NCBI RefSeq assembly: GCF_002105155.1
Contig: NW_019029006.1
Location: forward strand, 1 to 64,000
Direction of reading: 5' to 3'
Source: Lobosporangium transversale
Lineage: Eukaryota
Length of the DNA: 64,000 nt
The translations under genes were made by a program, and so were the position numbers. Shown in pieces: positions 23,515-36,046 of the stretch; positions within the stretch are counted from its first letter, which is position 1; each line of letters opens with the position of its first letter. A model generated the notes under the pieces. It was not told the DNA's origin. It ran no database searches and saw nothing but the letters and a program-made list of their open reading frames with translations.

Positions 23515-26500
23515 ATGCCAGTTTCACAGGCAGACAGCATGGCTTTAGATGCTGCCATTGGTGCTTTAACAGACTATCGAAAGTACCACAGTAATCTTGT
23601 TCCTGAGTTAGCGAATCTCCTGTCTTCGGTCCATTCCTCTATTTTATCTTCGGCTACACAGCAAGCGCAGCTGAACAAATATAGTGATGTTGACGCTGTG
23701 ATTTTCTGCAAGCAGGTTAAGCGTCTCTTCAACCAGTGTCTATGTACTCTGACTAAATGGTCCGAGCTGTTAGACGCTCCAGATACCTCTGATGTCGTCC
23801 CACAAGAGTCCTCCACGATAGTTTCAACATCACATTATCAAACCCTATCTGGACCAACGTCATCAACCTCATCGTCATCATCTATGTCTACTCATACTTC
23901 AGCCATCGTAGCAAAACAAAAGCCGACCATTGGATCACTCTCGCGTTTAGGAAGTAGGACAACTACAGCAACAGTTAGAACAAGAGGTCAGGTACCAACA
24001 GCTGAGGATACACAGGCTCAAAGGCGTGTTGGAATGATGCGTGGTGCGAAGGCTAGAGCTGAAACGCCAAAAACTACTAATCATATGGAGATCAAAACAA
24101 GTACCACCAACGCTAAAGGATCAACAACAGGAGTGGCAACTCCACAGATTCAACACCCAATTGCGCTGACTAAGACTTCAATTTCCGCTAAAATGACCAC
24201 AAAAAGCAATGTGTCTGATCTGGCGTCTCACGATCGCGCTATTTACGATACAGATCGACCAACGTATTCCCATGCTGCCATACTAGTTGATGTTGGGTTT
24301 CTAGGAATTCGGACCTTAGAGGTTATGGACAAAAATGTTCCAAACAACCTGTTCGAGGTCGAAAAAGCGCGATCCAACCTAATATCAAAGATAATCCAGT
24401 TGGGCATGGTAAATAATATTGGGGAGTGGACAATAAATTGAAGGATATTGTTACATATGCTTCATGTCGTTGACTTGATTTTTATTTTGTTGATATGGAT
24501 AAGAAGTGTTGATGAATTTGTTACATCCTCTTACAATGGCAATAGAAGAGGCGAGCGCTACATGAGCTAGGGTTTTTGCGAGCCCAATTGTTTCAATGCG
24601 CCATGTCACTGTGGAATGAACCAGATTTTGATTATGGATGCGAGCATCACAAAGTCACGGCCGACTATAAGTCCATCTTATCATCGTCACCAGAGTCGAT
24701 TAAGGAGACATATCGACATCTATTCACTTTTCCTTTCCCAAAGGCATTATCAAATTTCCTGGCAGAGTTAGCTCCAGACACTATGCCTTCATCCGATACC
24801 CGACTGGACCAAGCATTGACTTTCTGCCGCCTAATCCAAGCACTTCATACTAATGCCTTACGCTGTTGGATAGATGTCAGGAATGGATCCTTGGCTCATG
24901 TATGTTTTCATACTCTAGTGCTATCTAAGAGTAAGCGATAGGCAAGCATATTGGTTTCCTAACATCGTATTTTTTTTTCGAAAATCTAGCTTTTGCCAGA
25001 CATGACGTCTCAAAAAAATTCATCATTTGACTGGTGCATGTGTATTGCCAGACTTAACCGGTCAGCTGGCCAGCAATCCCTAGACACTATTTTCAGACTC
25101 TTCTTTATTGCTGCTGGGAAAGCTCTAGGAAGCAACCCTTCTCGCGGTAAGATGCAGGGAAGGAGTTTTTTTTTGTGGAATAGATAAGCATGACTCTTGA
25201 TCTTTCATAGCACTAACGGAGCGTAATATCATGGACACAGAAGGACAGCGTAATGCCTTTATGCTCAGGATGCATGGGATCCGATACCACGGCGCTTATA
25301 GGCATCTCATAGAGACAAAAGATGACATGATTTGGGATAAACTTCTTAGATGCGGAGCTGAGTATGAAAAATCGACTAGAGAGGGTCGATCTAACGAAGA
25401 CATATTGTTCTTGGTGAGTTTATATAAAACGACATTTGAGTTTTTAAAGAATCTTTCGTCCATTGACTATGCAAGTCTACGGTTCCAAGAGTGGCGTCGA
25501 CACCTCGCTTTTTTCACACGGAAGGTAAGGGTAGCGCAAATGGGAATATTGTATGGCTTCAGGTCGAATTCATGATACATGTATAAGATATTAATGAACA
25601 AGGGTCCATTATGATACAGCTGGACAACAAAGGATTGAATGAATTTGTAGACAGTATTCCGTGTGGGGATCAAGACATGGAGATGACGGAGGCTTTGGAT
25701 AAAACCAAAGCGGAGCAAACTATGCAGCTGATTCAGTATAAAACACCAGAAGCTATAGCAAGTGATGCAATCACTAAGTTGGCCCCAGCTACTTGCTCTG
25801 CAACTGCGCAAGCTGCGTCTCTGAACACCATCTCTGTAGAACAGTTCAGTAATCGGCTCGATGATGCCGTAAGGGCACTGAAAAAGTTCGATGATGCACT
25901 GCAAGGTTGGCATTCAAGATCATTAAAAGGTATGCTGACTAATAATCTGGCTAATTGCATGGCTAAAGACACTCGAGTATTTTTTTTCCAGTGATTAATG
26001 GGTTGACTTGGTTTGATATCTCAATAGAAAACTTTGTGGAGAATTGTGTCATGGACGCAAAAGCTATGCTTTTATCGCTTGAGCGAGATTTGCCTTCAGC
26101 GCCTACCGAAAATATGTCAGCTCCAGTCCTACAGAATATGGCACGTATTTTCCGCTTTATGGACACGATTCGAAGCATTGGATCAAAATTTATGGATGCG
26201 TCCGAGAAAGTAGCTTTTTCACAAAACAGCCATGCACCACTTAAGGGGATTTCCATGGATAGACTGCAATGGTGGCTGAGTTTTGTTCAAGACATCACTA
26301 AAATCCTGTCGGACTTGACAGCTGCACTGTGGCACCGACTACATGTTGATTATCTGGTAATACGTTTCCAATGACTGAAAATGCGATGCTAAATGTTGTC
26401 TATGATATTGGCATAGAGATTAACAAGGTACTTGACCCATTCACATGCTTTTTAGACTCATCATAGCTTTAATCGCAAAACAGTTCCAGATCCAGCAAAA

Positions 26501-29500
26501 TTGTCATGTGCAAGGGTCGACGCTATCCTTTTTCTTTTCAGGCTTTATCAGTCCAATTTCAATATCGCACATGCTATCAAGACAGCAACCATTCTAACAT
26601 GCCTAGAGTCTGCCTTCACGTTAGCAAAGGAGATGAATGACGATGAGTCGCTTCCATGGATATCAAATGCGCTTTACAACCTAGGTGGAGCTCTATTTAA
26701 GGCTGGTAGACGTAGTGAGGCTATTCGACCACTTGAGATCGCCGTTGAATGCTATTCTGCTTGGCTCCAAGACGATCTTTCAACGGACAGGAGTCTTGAA
26801 AACATTGAGAGCAGTAGAAGTGAACTTAGGTCCAGGTCGGCGGAAAGGCTCGTTTTAGCAAATCGATACGAAGTTCTAGGTGTCTGTCTCCAAGCTGCCG
26901 ACGACCTAAGTGGCGCACTAAAATGCTTCAACTCTGGTCTCTGCGTTTTGCCACTGAACGCATTTCTGGCTATAGATGCAGCCATGATGGGAGGCCTAAA
27001 TGTATCTCAGCTTCCTGCTGCTAAACTATTGAACCGGCGCGCGCGCATTCTACTAATGATGGAGGGATCACGGTTTAGTTCTATAGTCACAGTACCAGAG
27101 TTTGAATCAAAAGTGATGCAGCCTGACGTTCCAGTTCACATTTGCGGTATCGTGCAAGAATTCGAGTGCCGGATTCTGGGTGTCCTCAGTGTTAAAACAA
27201 ACTACACAAATCAGTGCAGTGAAGAGCAGATCGAAGTCCTTAGACACCTAATCACAAGAGTTTATCGCGGTGGTCAAGGGATGATGAACCCAATCAGGCG
27301 GGCTCGTGTCCTAATTCAATTAGCGATGTTGTACCAGTCCAGGCCAGAGATTGACTTGCAGCAGGAGGCACCTCATCTTGTTGAGGAGGCAGTAGAGATC
27401 CTAAAAGAAAAGGATCTCAAAGCAGATTTGGCGCTAGAGCCAGTTAGGAACCACCATCTGGCTTTGGCCTACTCGTGGAATGGAGTTCTAGATCGCTGTC
27501 GAGGAGATGGACTATTAAGAAGATCGAAGCCGTTTCAGATTGCTCTCCAGCTCTGGGAGTTAATTCTTGGCAAAATCGAGTGCTTTACTTCAACCGAAGA
27601 TTCACGGCTTATTAATCATCAGCTCGAAGTTGACAAGATCAGGAAACAGCTACCTGAACCAGAGTTTTTATATGATCACCTACAGATGTTGGCGGATTGC
27701 CTAGGCATGATAGACTATCATGTATTACAGGTTCAAGTTTATTTGCTCATGTTGAAGTTGTGTAATGGTGTAATGACTACCATAGAGAACACTTGTGGAG
27801 GTATGTGATTTACTGATGGAGGGAATTTTCAATATAGTATTTAATATTTTATTTCTGATTGTATTACACAGTCTTAACCACGCTTTTTTCTTTAATTTCA
27901 TTTTGTTATTCATCCCGTATGTGCGCTAAAGATGCTGTAAGGATATATGCTAGAATGGGGCAAGCATACCTCGCTCTCGGATATTCGGGTAAAGCTAAAA
28001 TGGCGCTTAATCATGGCAAACACATTTTAGGAGAAATGGCGAGAATACCGAGAGATTCTTCGCTCTCTGGTGGAGCTTATGCTACATGGTTGCTTATCCA
28101 CAGCTTGTATCTGATGTCTGTGGGACTTAAAACCCAAGGTGTAGCTACTTATAATCAGGCAAGATACCATTCCGAACAGCACTACGTTTCCAACAGCCAT
28201 CATGAAAGTATCGAGAGCAATTCATCCAAAATTGGAATGTTATCTCGAAAGGTTGAGATCAAATTCCAGAGAGCTATAGTCATCGTTGAGGCGTACCTAG
28301 CGCGGTCACAGCTGCTTTTGCACGAAGGAGATCTCTCCGAGGCTATTCTAGATTCAAAAAGAGCTGGTCGACAGCTTAGCCGCATAGTCACCACATTATC
28401 TACGGCTATCAAGTCTGCCAGAATGGACCCTAATATTGTCACTCGTCAACCTATCGAAAATCCATTCTTAGTCCGGCCACAGACAACAATACCAAGCGAG
28501 ACACAGACTCAGGACCCTACAATGAATGAGAGTAGACAACTATGGCAAACTTTGGAAAAACTGATAACACAGAGATATCAATGGATTATATTCCGGCTAT
28601 TAATCGAGACATATCACCAATTAGGAAGGCTGTACTTAGTACAAGGCAGCGCGCGTGAAGCAGACTACTTTTTTAATGAAGGTCGACATATTGCGCAGCT
28701 CTCAAAGTCGGGAAAGTCCATCGGCCGATTTATGTTGGAGCAGGCAGAGCTAAAACTGCGGCGGCATGAATGGAAGGAGAGTCAGCAAATTCTTCAAGAA
28801 CTGGATATGTGGGGAGAAGAATCCAATGCTAGCGCCTTGGTCTGGGAAATCAAGGATGTGAAGATTCAATTGCTGAATGGCGACCTTTATTTCGCAAATC
28901 AAGAGCTCAAGCAGTCCCTGAAAGCATATTGCTTCGCAGATGAGGTGTTGACGCATTTGATGGACAAGGCTTTCATCTCAGAACTGGAACACCTCGTCAT
29001 TAGGGAGCCGCAGACACCACGCGAATCGAGATTAACCACGGTTAATGGTTTACAAGGAGCCAATATTCGGGGTATTCTGCGTCCTCAAATTGAGGGTTTA
29101 TATGAGGGTGGCCTAGGAATGTCCGATCAAGCTCAGTTCGAGTGTGTGGCCTTAGCTGGAATCAAGGCCACAATGGGATACAGGAGTGGATTGATTCTTG
29201 GCCTAAATGGTCGCCGAGCAGAGGCGTTTACTATGATTGAGAGATCAAAGGCGGAGGACCCCGTAGCACTCACCATTGAAGAGTACCACTTGACAAAAGC
29301 AAAAGTGCTGATTCTGGAATTGGAGGATACAATGTCAAAAAACTTGTTGTATGCCATGATGCCAGACTCGGCATTGTCCATTGGACTCTTCAGAAAGCTA
29401 CAAATCCAGGACTTGGTGTCGCCCACTACATTATTTAACCAATCCTTTATTCATAGCGACAATGGGGTATTGCGGTCTTTGAATACAAAGCAGGAGTCGC

Positions 29501-32432
29501 TTTTGTCGTCGCCATCGGTTCGTGTCACAAAAATGACACGCCATCATCAATCGCAACTTAAGTATGAGACAACGCTGCAGAGCCCTTCAAAACAGCGCAG
29601 TTCTAGGAAACACCAAAAAGGAACTCAGAAGGGCCTAGGTGACCACTGCCGAGAGCTTATGAAGCAAGCTCATGAGAATCTCATGGCTGCATATCACTGT
29701 ATGATAAAGGCTCATTCACCTCACACTATATCGGAGGTCTGCTTAAAACAAATCTACCTTTCTGTCCTCGAGTCGTGCTTTTGCCAGGAGACAGCTCTAA
29801 ATGGGAAACAAAATGAACACATTGACACTATCAACCATGATATGGCTGTTCGAGCAGCCTGTTATTTGGAAATGGCAAAAGCGATCACACAGCATCGCGA
29901 AATGCATAGCTTAATTAGACAGAAGCTCAACCCAGAGGCATTGTACAACGACCAGACTTGGCCTAGCGAAATCCAGCTTCAAGTCAATAACCCAGAATCT
30001 TCTCTTCCTCAACTCTGTGATTTCCGGTTGGACAACGAGCGATCAACTCAACAGCAACTGGGACCAAAGACGGTTCACCTAGTTGGACTCGAAAAACCAA
30101 GGCGGCTGAGATTGATAGCTGATGATGATAGGAATGATGATCAAGAATTCGCGGATGTTGACGTAAACATGGGTAGCTGCCAAGACGATGAGAACGCTAA
30201 GGCTGATGAAGACAATGATCTCCGGAATGTGGGGATGCGCCCAGAGGATCTCCTCACTCGTTGTGGCCGAAGAGAGTATTATGACCGACAAAGTAAGCTT
30301 CATTCCTCCACATCCTTCGGTAATGAACGACCAATCCTTGAGATAATGGATAAGATCTACAGTGACGACACTCAAGTGATAAATGGCCAGTCGGATACTT
30401 TCCAGAAAAGATATATTGACATTTTGCCCAAAAAGTGGACAGTGGTCTCATTGTCCATGGATGTAGAGCGTGAGGTGAACCAGGAGCACGAGATAAATAT
30501 AGAGCGTGATGTACTTTATGTCAATCGTATGCGGGCAGGAGCAACGCCGTTAGTTCTACGACTGCCTTTAAATCGGGGGTATCAGAGGGAAGACGATCAT
30601 CAAAACCTTGGCTTTGGTGTCGCAATGGGCTTTGATGAAGAAGAAAGCACACCTGTTGAACCATTGTCCTTCAAGAAGGCAGTGAAGGAATTCCAGGATA
30701 TTATGTTGAGTAGCCAAGAGACATTAGCGCAAACTTCGTCGAAACAACATTCAGCAGCTACAAGTTCGGTTAAATTTGCTCAAGCTCCAATGGAGTTGAC
30801 GAGAGAGGCCAAGGCAGAGTGGTGGCGTCAACGTCAGAGGCTGGACGAACGTTTGTATACCCTTTTATGTTTGATACAAGATCAGTGGCTGGGTGGGCTG
30901 AAAGGGATCATTCAGTCTCATAACACGCCAGTGAACGAGGAAAACCTGATGAATTTTAAACGAGCCCTTGAATGGATTATGTCTCAAGCTGTGCACTCCA
31001 TGTCAACTGCCTCTACTGGTGCGGAAGCTGGCACACCGGACCAGGATGAAAGTACAGCTGCTTCAAGTAAAGACTCTATCTTACAACTGGAGATCAATGT
31101 TGATTTATGTCGAGTGATATTGAACCTTGGTGATCAGCCATCGTTCACCGAGCTCAAAGATCTAATATACTTTTTATTGGATGCCTATCTCTATAACGGG
31201 GCTGTCCCTTCGGCATCGACCTGCACACCACTTTACGGGCCAAGCCCGACATCAGCGTCATCATCCCCTATCATTGAATATTCAGAGGTGCAATTCGGCA
31301 AGATTGCATTACAGATCAAGAAAGCTCTCTGCTGCTATTGGGAAGCTGAGACAGAGGCCAAGAACAACGGGTTTGACGATGGGGCACACGTCATTCTGAT
31401 ACTCGACAAGCACTTACAGATCTTTCCTTGGGAATCTTGCCCCGTCCTACGTGAAGAAGCTGTCTCAAGAGTACCTTCCATTTGGTTCTTGAGAGATAGG
31501 ATTCTGCAGCAAAAATATTGTATATTCAAGGGTAGTCAACATGAGAGACGGAATGAAGGCCATAGTAGCCTTACCCGCTTAAATGAGGCGAACGCTGCTG
31601 ATGAACTTCAAAGTATTATGGGTTGTGAGTGGCAGGATCTTGTAGTAGATCCACAAAAGACGTTTTATATTCTGAATCCCGGTGGAGACCTCAAGAATAC
31701 CGAAGACGAATTCAAGGAGTATGTGGAGAGCCAACAAGGATGGGGTGGGGTAACAGGCCGAGCACCTTTGGACCTTGAGTGTATCAATGGACTCTCGAAA
31801 CATGATTTATATATGTAAGTTTATGATATGTGCCTGTTTTCCATTATGCTGTTCATTTCTCATTTGAGCATGTGTCTTAACATGGCTCCTTCGTTTGTTG
31901 ACTGCATGCTTGTTTTATTAGTTACTTTGGACATTCTGGTGGTGAACAGTACATCCGATCAACTCAGATTCGACAGCTCGGTCATTGCGCTGTTTCACTA
32001 CTCTTAGGTTGTAGCTCAGGATGCCTGAAAGGTGATGGAGAGTTCGATCCGACTGGCAATGTGATGAACTATCTTCTGGCTGGATGTCCTACAATTGTGG
32101 CTAATCTCTGGGATGTCACCGACAAGGACCTTGATCGTTTTAGCATGGCCACTTTCCAAATGTGGGGTTTGGATAGGAACCGTTCCTACATGGCATCCTT
32201 CGAGGAAAAGCCTAATTACATGGAGCAAGGGTTGGATGATGTAATTGCTGAAGGGCTAGATAATTTAGAAGAGGGGAAAATAGAACTAAAAAGTTATGAT
32301 GATTGTGAGCCGCAACTGTCATTAGTAGAGGCAGTCAAAGAGGCGCGCGAGAAGTGCAAGCTCAAATACTTGGTCGGTGCTGCCTCAGTGGTGTATGGAA
32401 TCCCCTGCTTCTTGAAAAGCTATGGAGTATAG
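23515..32432 (+). CDS. ESP1: Separase (peptidase C50), ~2700 aa; exons 23515-24408, 24546-24899, 24990-25146, 25241-25524, 25620-25929, 25992-26356, 26456-27800, 27932-31814, 31922-32432
   Basis: C-terminal motifs AEWWRQRQRLDERL, LILDKHLQIFPWES, VSRVPS, YILNPGGDLKNT, catalytic YFGHSGG (His) and LLGCSSG (Cys), IVANLWDVTDKDLD, YLVGAASVVYGIP; long helical N-terminal region. Joining of the 5' exons is less certain than the protease domain. Confidence 0.92.
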
Positions 32433-33477
32433 TATCTTGAGTAAAATAAATAGAATGTATTGTCGCACAGCCACTGGACTATAGCCTACCATGAACCTTA
32501 ATTGCTCTAAGACTATCTTCGTTTGTTTTCGGATTACTCTGGTCAATAATTCATAGGCACAAAAAAAAAAAAAAAAAAAAAAAAAAAACAAGGGTTGGAG
32601 AATGTGACAGCATCAGTTGAAGACATTTTGCCATGCTCTCCTACTTGGTAGCCTGCTTAAAACTTTGCGGCATGGTAATTCTTGGTCGGAAGCACACGAG
32701 CATCCGTACTACTGTCATGCTAACTAGGTTATGGTTTTTTCAGACTTGAGCAAAGCGTTTAATACTGCGGGCATGACAAATGGCACCAAAAGCTGGTTTC
32801 ATGACCTGTACTGCACAGTAGCGGACTCGTATAATGATTACTTTTCTCCATTGGCACGTTGCAACCATGCTGTGGCCAATTTATCGGTAGTGGACGCGTA
32901 GAATGACTTGAATGTAGGCTGAGAGTAACCAAATAAAGCTCTGAGGCGTCTGCCTACATCGATTTACTGGATGCATTTGGTAATGATGCTCACACCTCAG
33001 TTGCAAAAGTTAGGAAAAATAGTCAGTGCAGTCAAGACGTCGGGAAGCGTTCGGCGACTGAGATGAAGGGTGGCAAGCTGGACATCAATTTTATTTCTGA
33101 CAATAGATCAGTGTTACTGACAGCCTATTGAGCTCGATATTACAGGCAATGGTGCCTTTATACATTTATATAAATGTATATATATTGACACAGTTGTATA
33201 TTTGCACAAATATTGGCATGCGTGGTGAGGTGCTGGGCTCTATTTCCATGTGGCTGGGGAAATTGAGATAGGCTTGTTGTATGCGCATTGCACATTTCCC
33301 TTTTTCTTTCTTTAATTTCTCCAACAATATCAGCAAAACAACTGTCTCAGCAAAGTCTTGGCATCATTTTATACCATACTGAACCTTACCTCTTTACTCA
33401 ATAATCCGCAGCACTAAAAAGTGACCAGAAGAATATTGGAGAATAAAGATAGCCAGCTACAACAACCACTCGCAGTT

Positions 33478-33712
33478 ATGCTTTTATACTCCACTATTTC
33501 TGTATACCGCACACGGCTTGCTCAAGAATGGCCTCGATTAGTTGTTGCTCTCGTATCCGTTTATGGGATATGCTATTCCATCAGCACCATACAAACTAGC
33601 AATAACGAGATCCATAAATTCGAACAGCTGAATGGTATGTTTTTAGCCTTTATTCCATATTTTTTTCGTACATGTCGATTATTCTTTCCTATTAACCTGC
33701 TATAGACGGTCA

Positions 33713-33757
<45 letters not shown>

Positions 33758-34894
33758 GACTTGTCACGTTTTTCTTTTCATAAACCATCACCGACGTTCA
33801 ATCCAGTATCTATTGCCTACGAATCCTCACAATTGGCATTCAGCTCTAGCATCGAAGCCAGAAAGGCAGAGCCTTCAACTGGTGCTGACACTGACGACAG
33901 CAGTAGCCGTAGAGGACGTAGACCCAATCCAGGCACCAATTCTCAACATCAATCTGAGTTCAGCAAAAAGAATAACGCTGGTGTTAGCAGCAATAAGAAT
34001 AACTCTCCACAAAGAAGCCCAACATCGACAAAAGAAACAAGGGGTAACTTCAAGAAGAATGGATTCCGGAACTTCCATTCACTATTGCCCCTGGTCAGTC
34101 AAATGCTCTTGGTACGCAACCCAGATCTCGTGAATTTTGACTATGAAGGTACAGAGCTGGTAATTGTCTATACTCTTCTCGTCATGTCCTCGCTATCAAT
34201 CATTGACAATGCTATTGGGCTCATGGTGGCGACTCGACGGTCATTACGATTGACTCAGGTGGCATTTGCGATATGGTGTCTACGGTTCTTATTCCGTATC
34301 CTATCATTGGTCTCCATCCTATTTATGCTGACAGCTGGAACAAAGTTTCGGAAGTTCCTATTGTCCTCAAATATAGGGTTCCATGGCGGTGATAGCAATG
34401 GTTTGGATGATCTGGATGCTTTGGATGGTGATAGCGCTGATAGTAATGGTAACATAGAGGCGTCCAGAATGATCATACTCACAACCCTAGAAGTTATCAT
34501 TGCTGCTGTTCATGGATGGTCGCTTTTGGTGTTGATTCGAGATCTTAGGAACCAACCTCGACCTAGAACAATTGTTAGTCAGATATGGGTCTGGTTCTGT
34601 GAGACTAGATGGGGTCAACACTTAGGTATAGGTCGATGGATCGGAGCAAGTTATGATAATTTTGATAGCATAAGCGGTATTATTAGTAACAATGGCAACG
34701 GAGGTGGTGAAACTGGAAGCATCTATAGCCTTGATGCTAGCCACGGTGGCAGTGGAGTTCGTAACGGTCTCCTCAGTAGCGCAAGTAGTATCTATAGCAT
34801 AGCAGTCTCTCCACCTGAAATGGCAGGTGTTGTTGCGGTGACTCGATCGCGAGCATCGAGTATATGTAGCTTCAACAGTGTTGAGAAAACGTAG
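33478..34894 (+). CDS. Uncharacterised multi-pass membrane protein, ~430 aa; exons 33478-33634, 33759-34894
   Basis: Long ORF with about 4 hydrophobic segments (LVVALVSVYGICY; LVIVYTLLVMSSLSIIDNAIGLMVA; FAIWCLRFLFRILSLVSILFML; LEVIIAAVHGWSLLVLI) and a frame-compatible GT-AG intron. Confidence 0.65.
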
Positions 34895-35166
34895 TTTATA
34901 TTATGTTTATTAGAGCGTCCACTTTTTTTAATCAAAATACTCATTCATTTGCCCTCAGAGTAGAATATTTATTATGTGTAGTAGTTGCTCTAACACTTAT
35001 TGCGCGTTTAAAGTAGTACCAGGCCGCCATGGCATATAATCGCATAAAATATCACTAAAAAGTCGCATACAAGCCACGTCCTGACCAAGATGCCTTTTGC
35101 GCTTCCAGCAAGTCTGTTCTCTCTTGTTTCATTCCTCATAAAGTATTCAGCTCATATCCTTCAATT

Positions 35167-35820
35167 ATGATCGACGATTTCCATAAAGGGCTTGAGCCTG
35201 CTTCAGTCCCACAGGATGGCTCTGACCTCCGTATCCTTATCGTCCATACTCGCTGGAACTCTGCCATCGTCCAAGGACTGGTTGCAGGTGCAAAGAAAGC
35301 AATGATCGAGCAACACAAGGTCAAGCCTGAGAACATTGTCATTGAATCTGTTCCCGGTGCATACGAACTTCCATTTGCTGCTAAGAAGCTTCTTGAGGTC
35401 TCACAGATTCGTGCTGCGGAAGGCGCGAGTGATTTGATGGGTAATGTCAATCTCTTGGATGGCTTAAATCTTTCTTCGCCAACAGGAACTACTTCTGCCC
35501 CTTCATCAGCCAAAGCCTCAACAACGGCGACCAGTAGTGCAGGCAACAAACAAGCATTTGATGCAGTGATCTGTATTGGCGTCTTGATCAAAGGCTCGAC
35601 TATGCATTTTGAATATATCTGTGAGGCTGTGACGCAAGGAATTATGCGTGTCGGATTAGATTCAGGTGTACCAGTAATCTTTGGGGTTCTTACCTGCTTG
35701 AACGAAGAACAGGCATTGAGCCGTGCAGGCATGGACAAGGATGGCAAGGGTCATAACCATGGCTTGGACTGGGGTTCTGGTGCCGTAGAGATGGCGCTTT
35801 TGAAGAGTCGTCCTCTCTAA
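35167..35820 (+). CDS. RIB4: 6,7-dimethyl-8-ribityllumazine synthase, 217 aa, single exon
   Basis: LRILIVHTRWN, SVPGAYELP, FDAVICIGVLIKGSTMHFEYI, GVPVIFGVLTCL, HNHGLDWGSGAVEMA. Confidence 0.96.
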   Translation: MIDDFHKGLEPASVPQDGSDLRILIVHTRWNSAIVQGLVAGAKKAMIEQHKVKPENIVIESVPGAYELPFAAKKLLEVSQIRAAEGASDLMGNVNLLDGLNLSSPTGTTSAPSSAKASTTATSSAGNKQAFDAVICIGVLIKGSTMHFEYICEAVTQGIMRVGLDSGVPVIFGVLTCLNEEQALSRAGMDKDGKGHNHGLDWGSGAVEMALLKSRPL

Positions 35821-36046
35821 AAAAATCTATTTCCCATTCCCTTTATTCAACTGCTTTTATTTTTGTAAATAGTTCTGATAACTCAACGAAAAATAAATCC
35901 TGGTTAACTAAAAACGAAACATAAAACTGTGTCAATGGGCGTCTGATTTTTTACACGTGGCATGCATTTGATTAATAGTCGTAAGAAGCAAGATCGCGTT
36001 TTGCATCATTTCTTCATTCCATGCATGACCTCTGTTTCTGATAAAC

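Noticed and set aside
35136..35747. 203-aa minus-strand ORF and many similar antisense ORFs (e.g. 55811-56191, 56112-56528, 39919-40350)
   Set aside because: These are shadows of real genes or of their low-complexity repeats on the opposite strand.
1526..35820. Vitamin biosynthesis cluster (BIO3-BIO1 and RIB4), with a possible TPP riboswitch in long introns
   Set aside because: The genes are 30 kb apart with unrelated genes between them and no other bio genes in the window. I saw no riboswitch core motifs.
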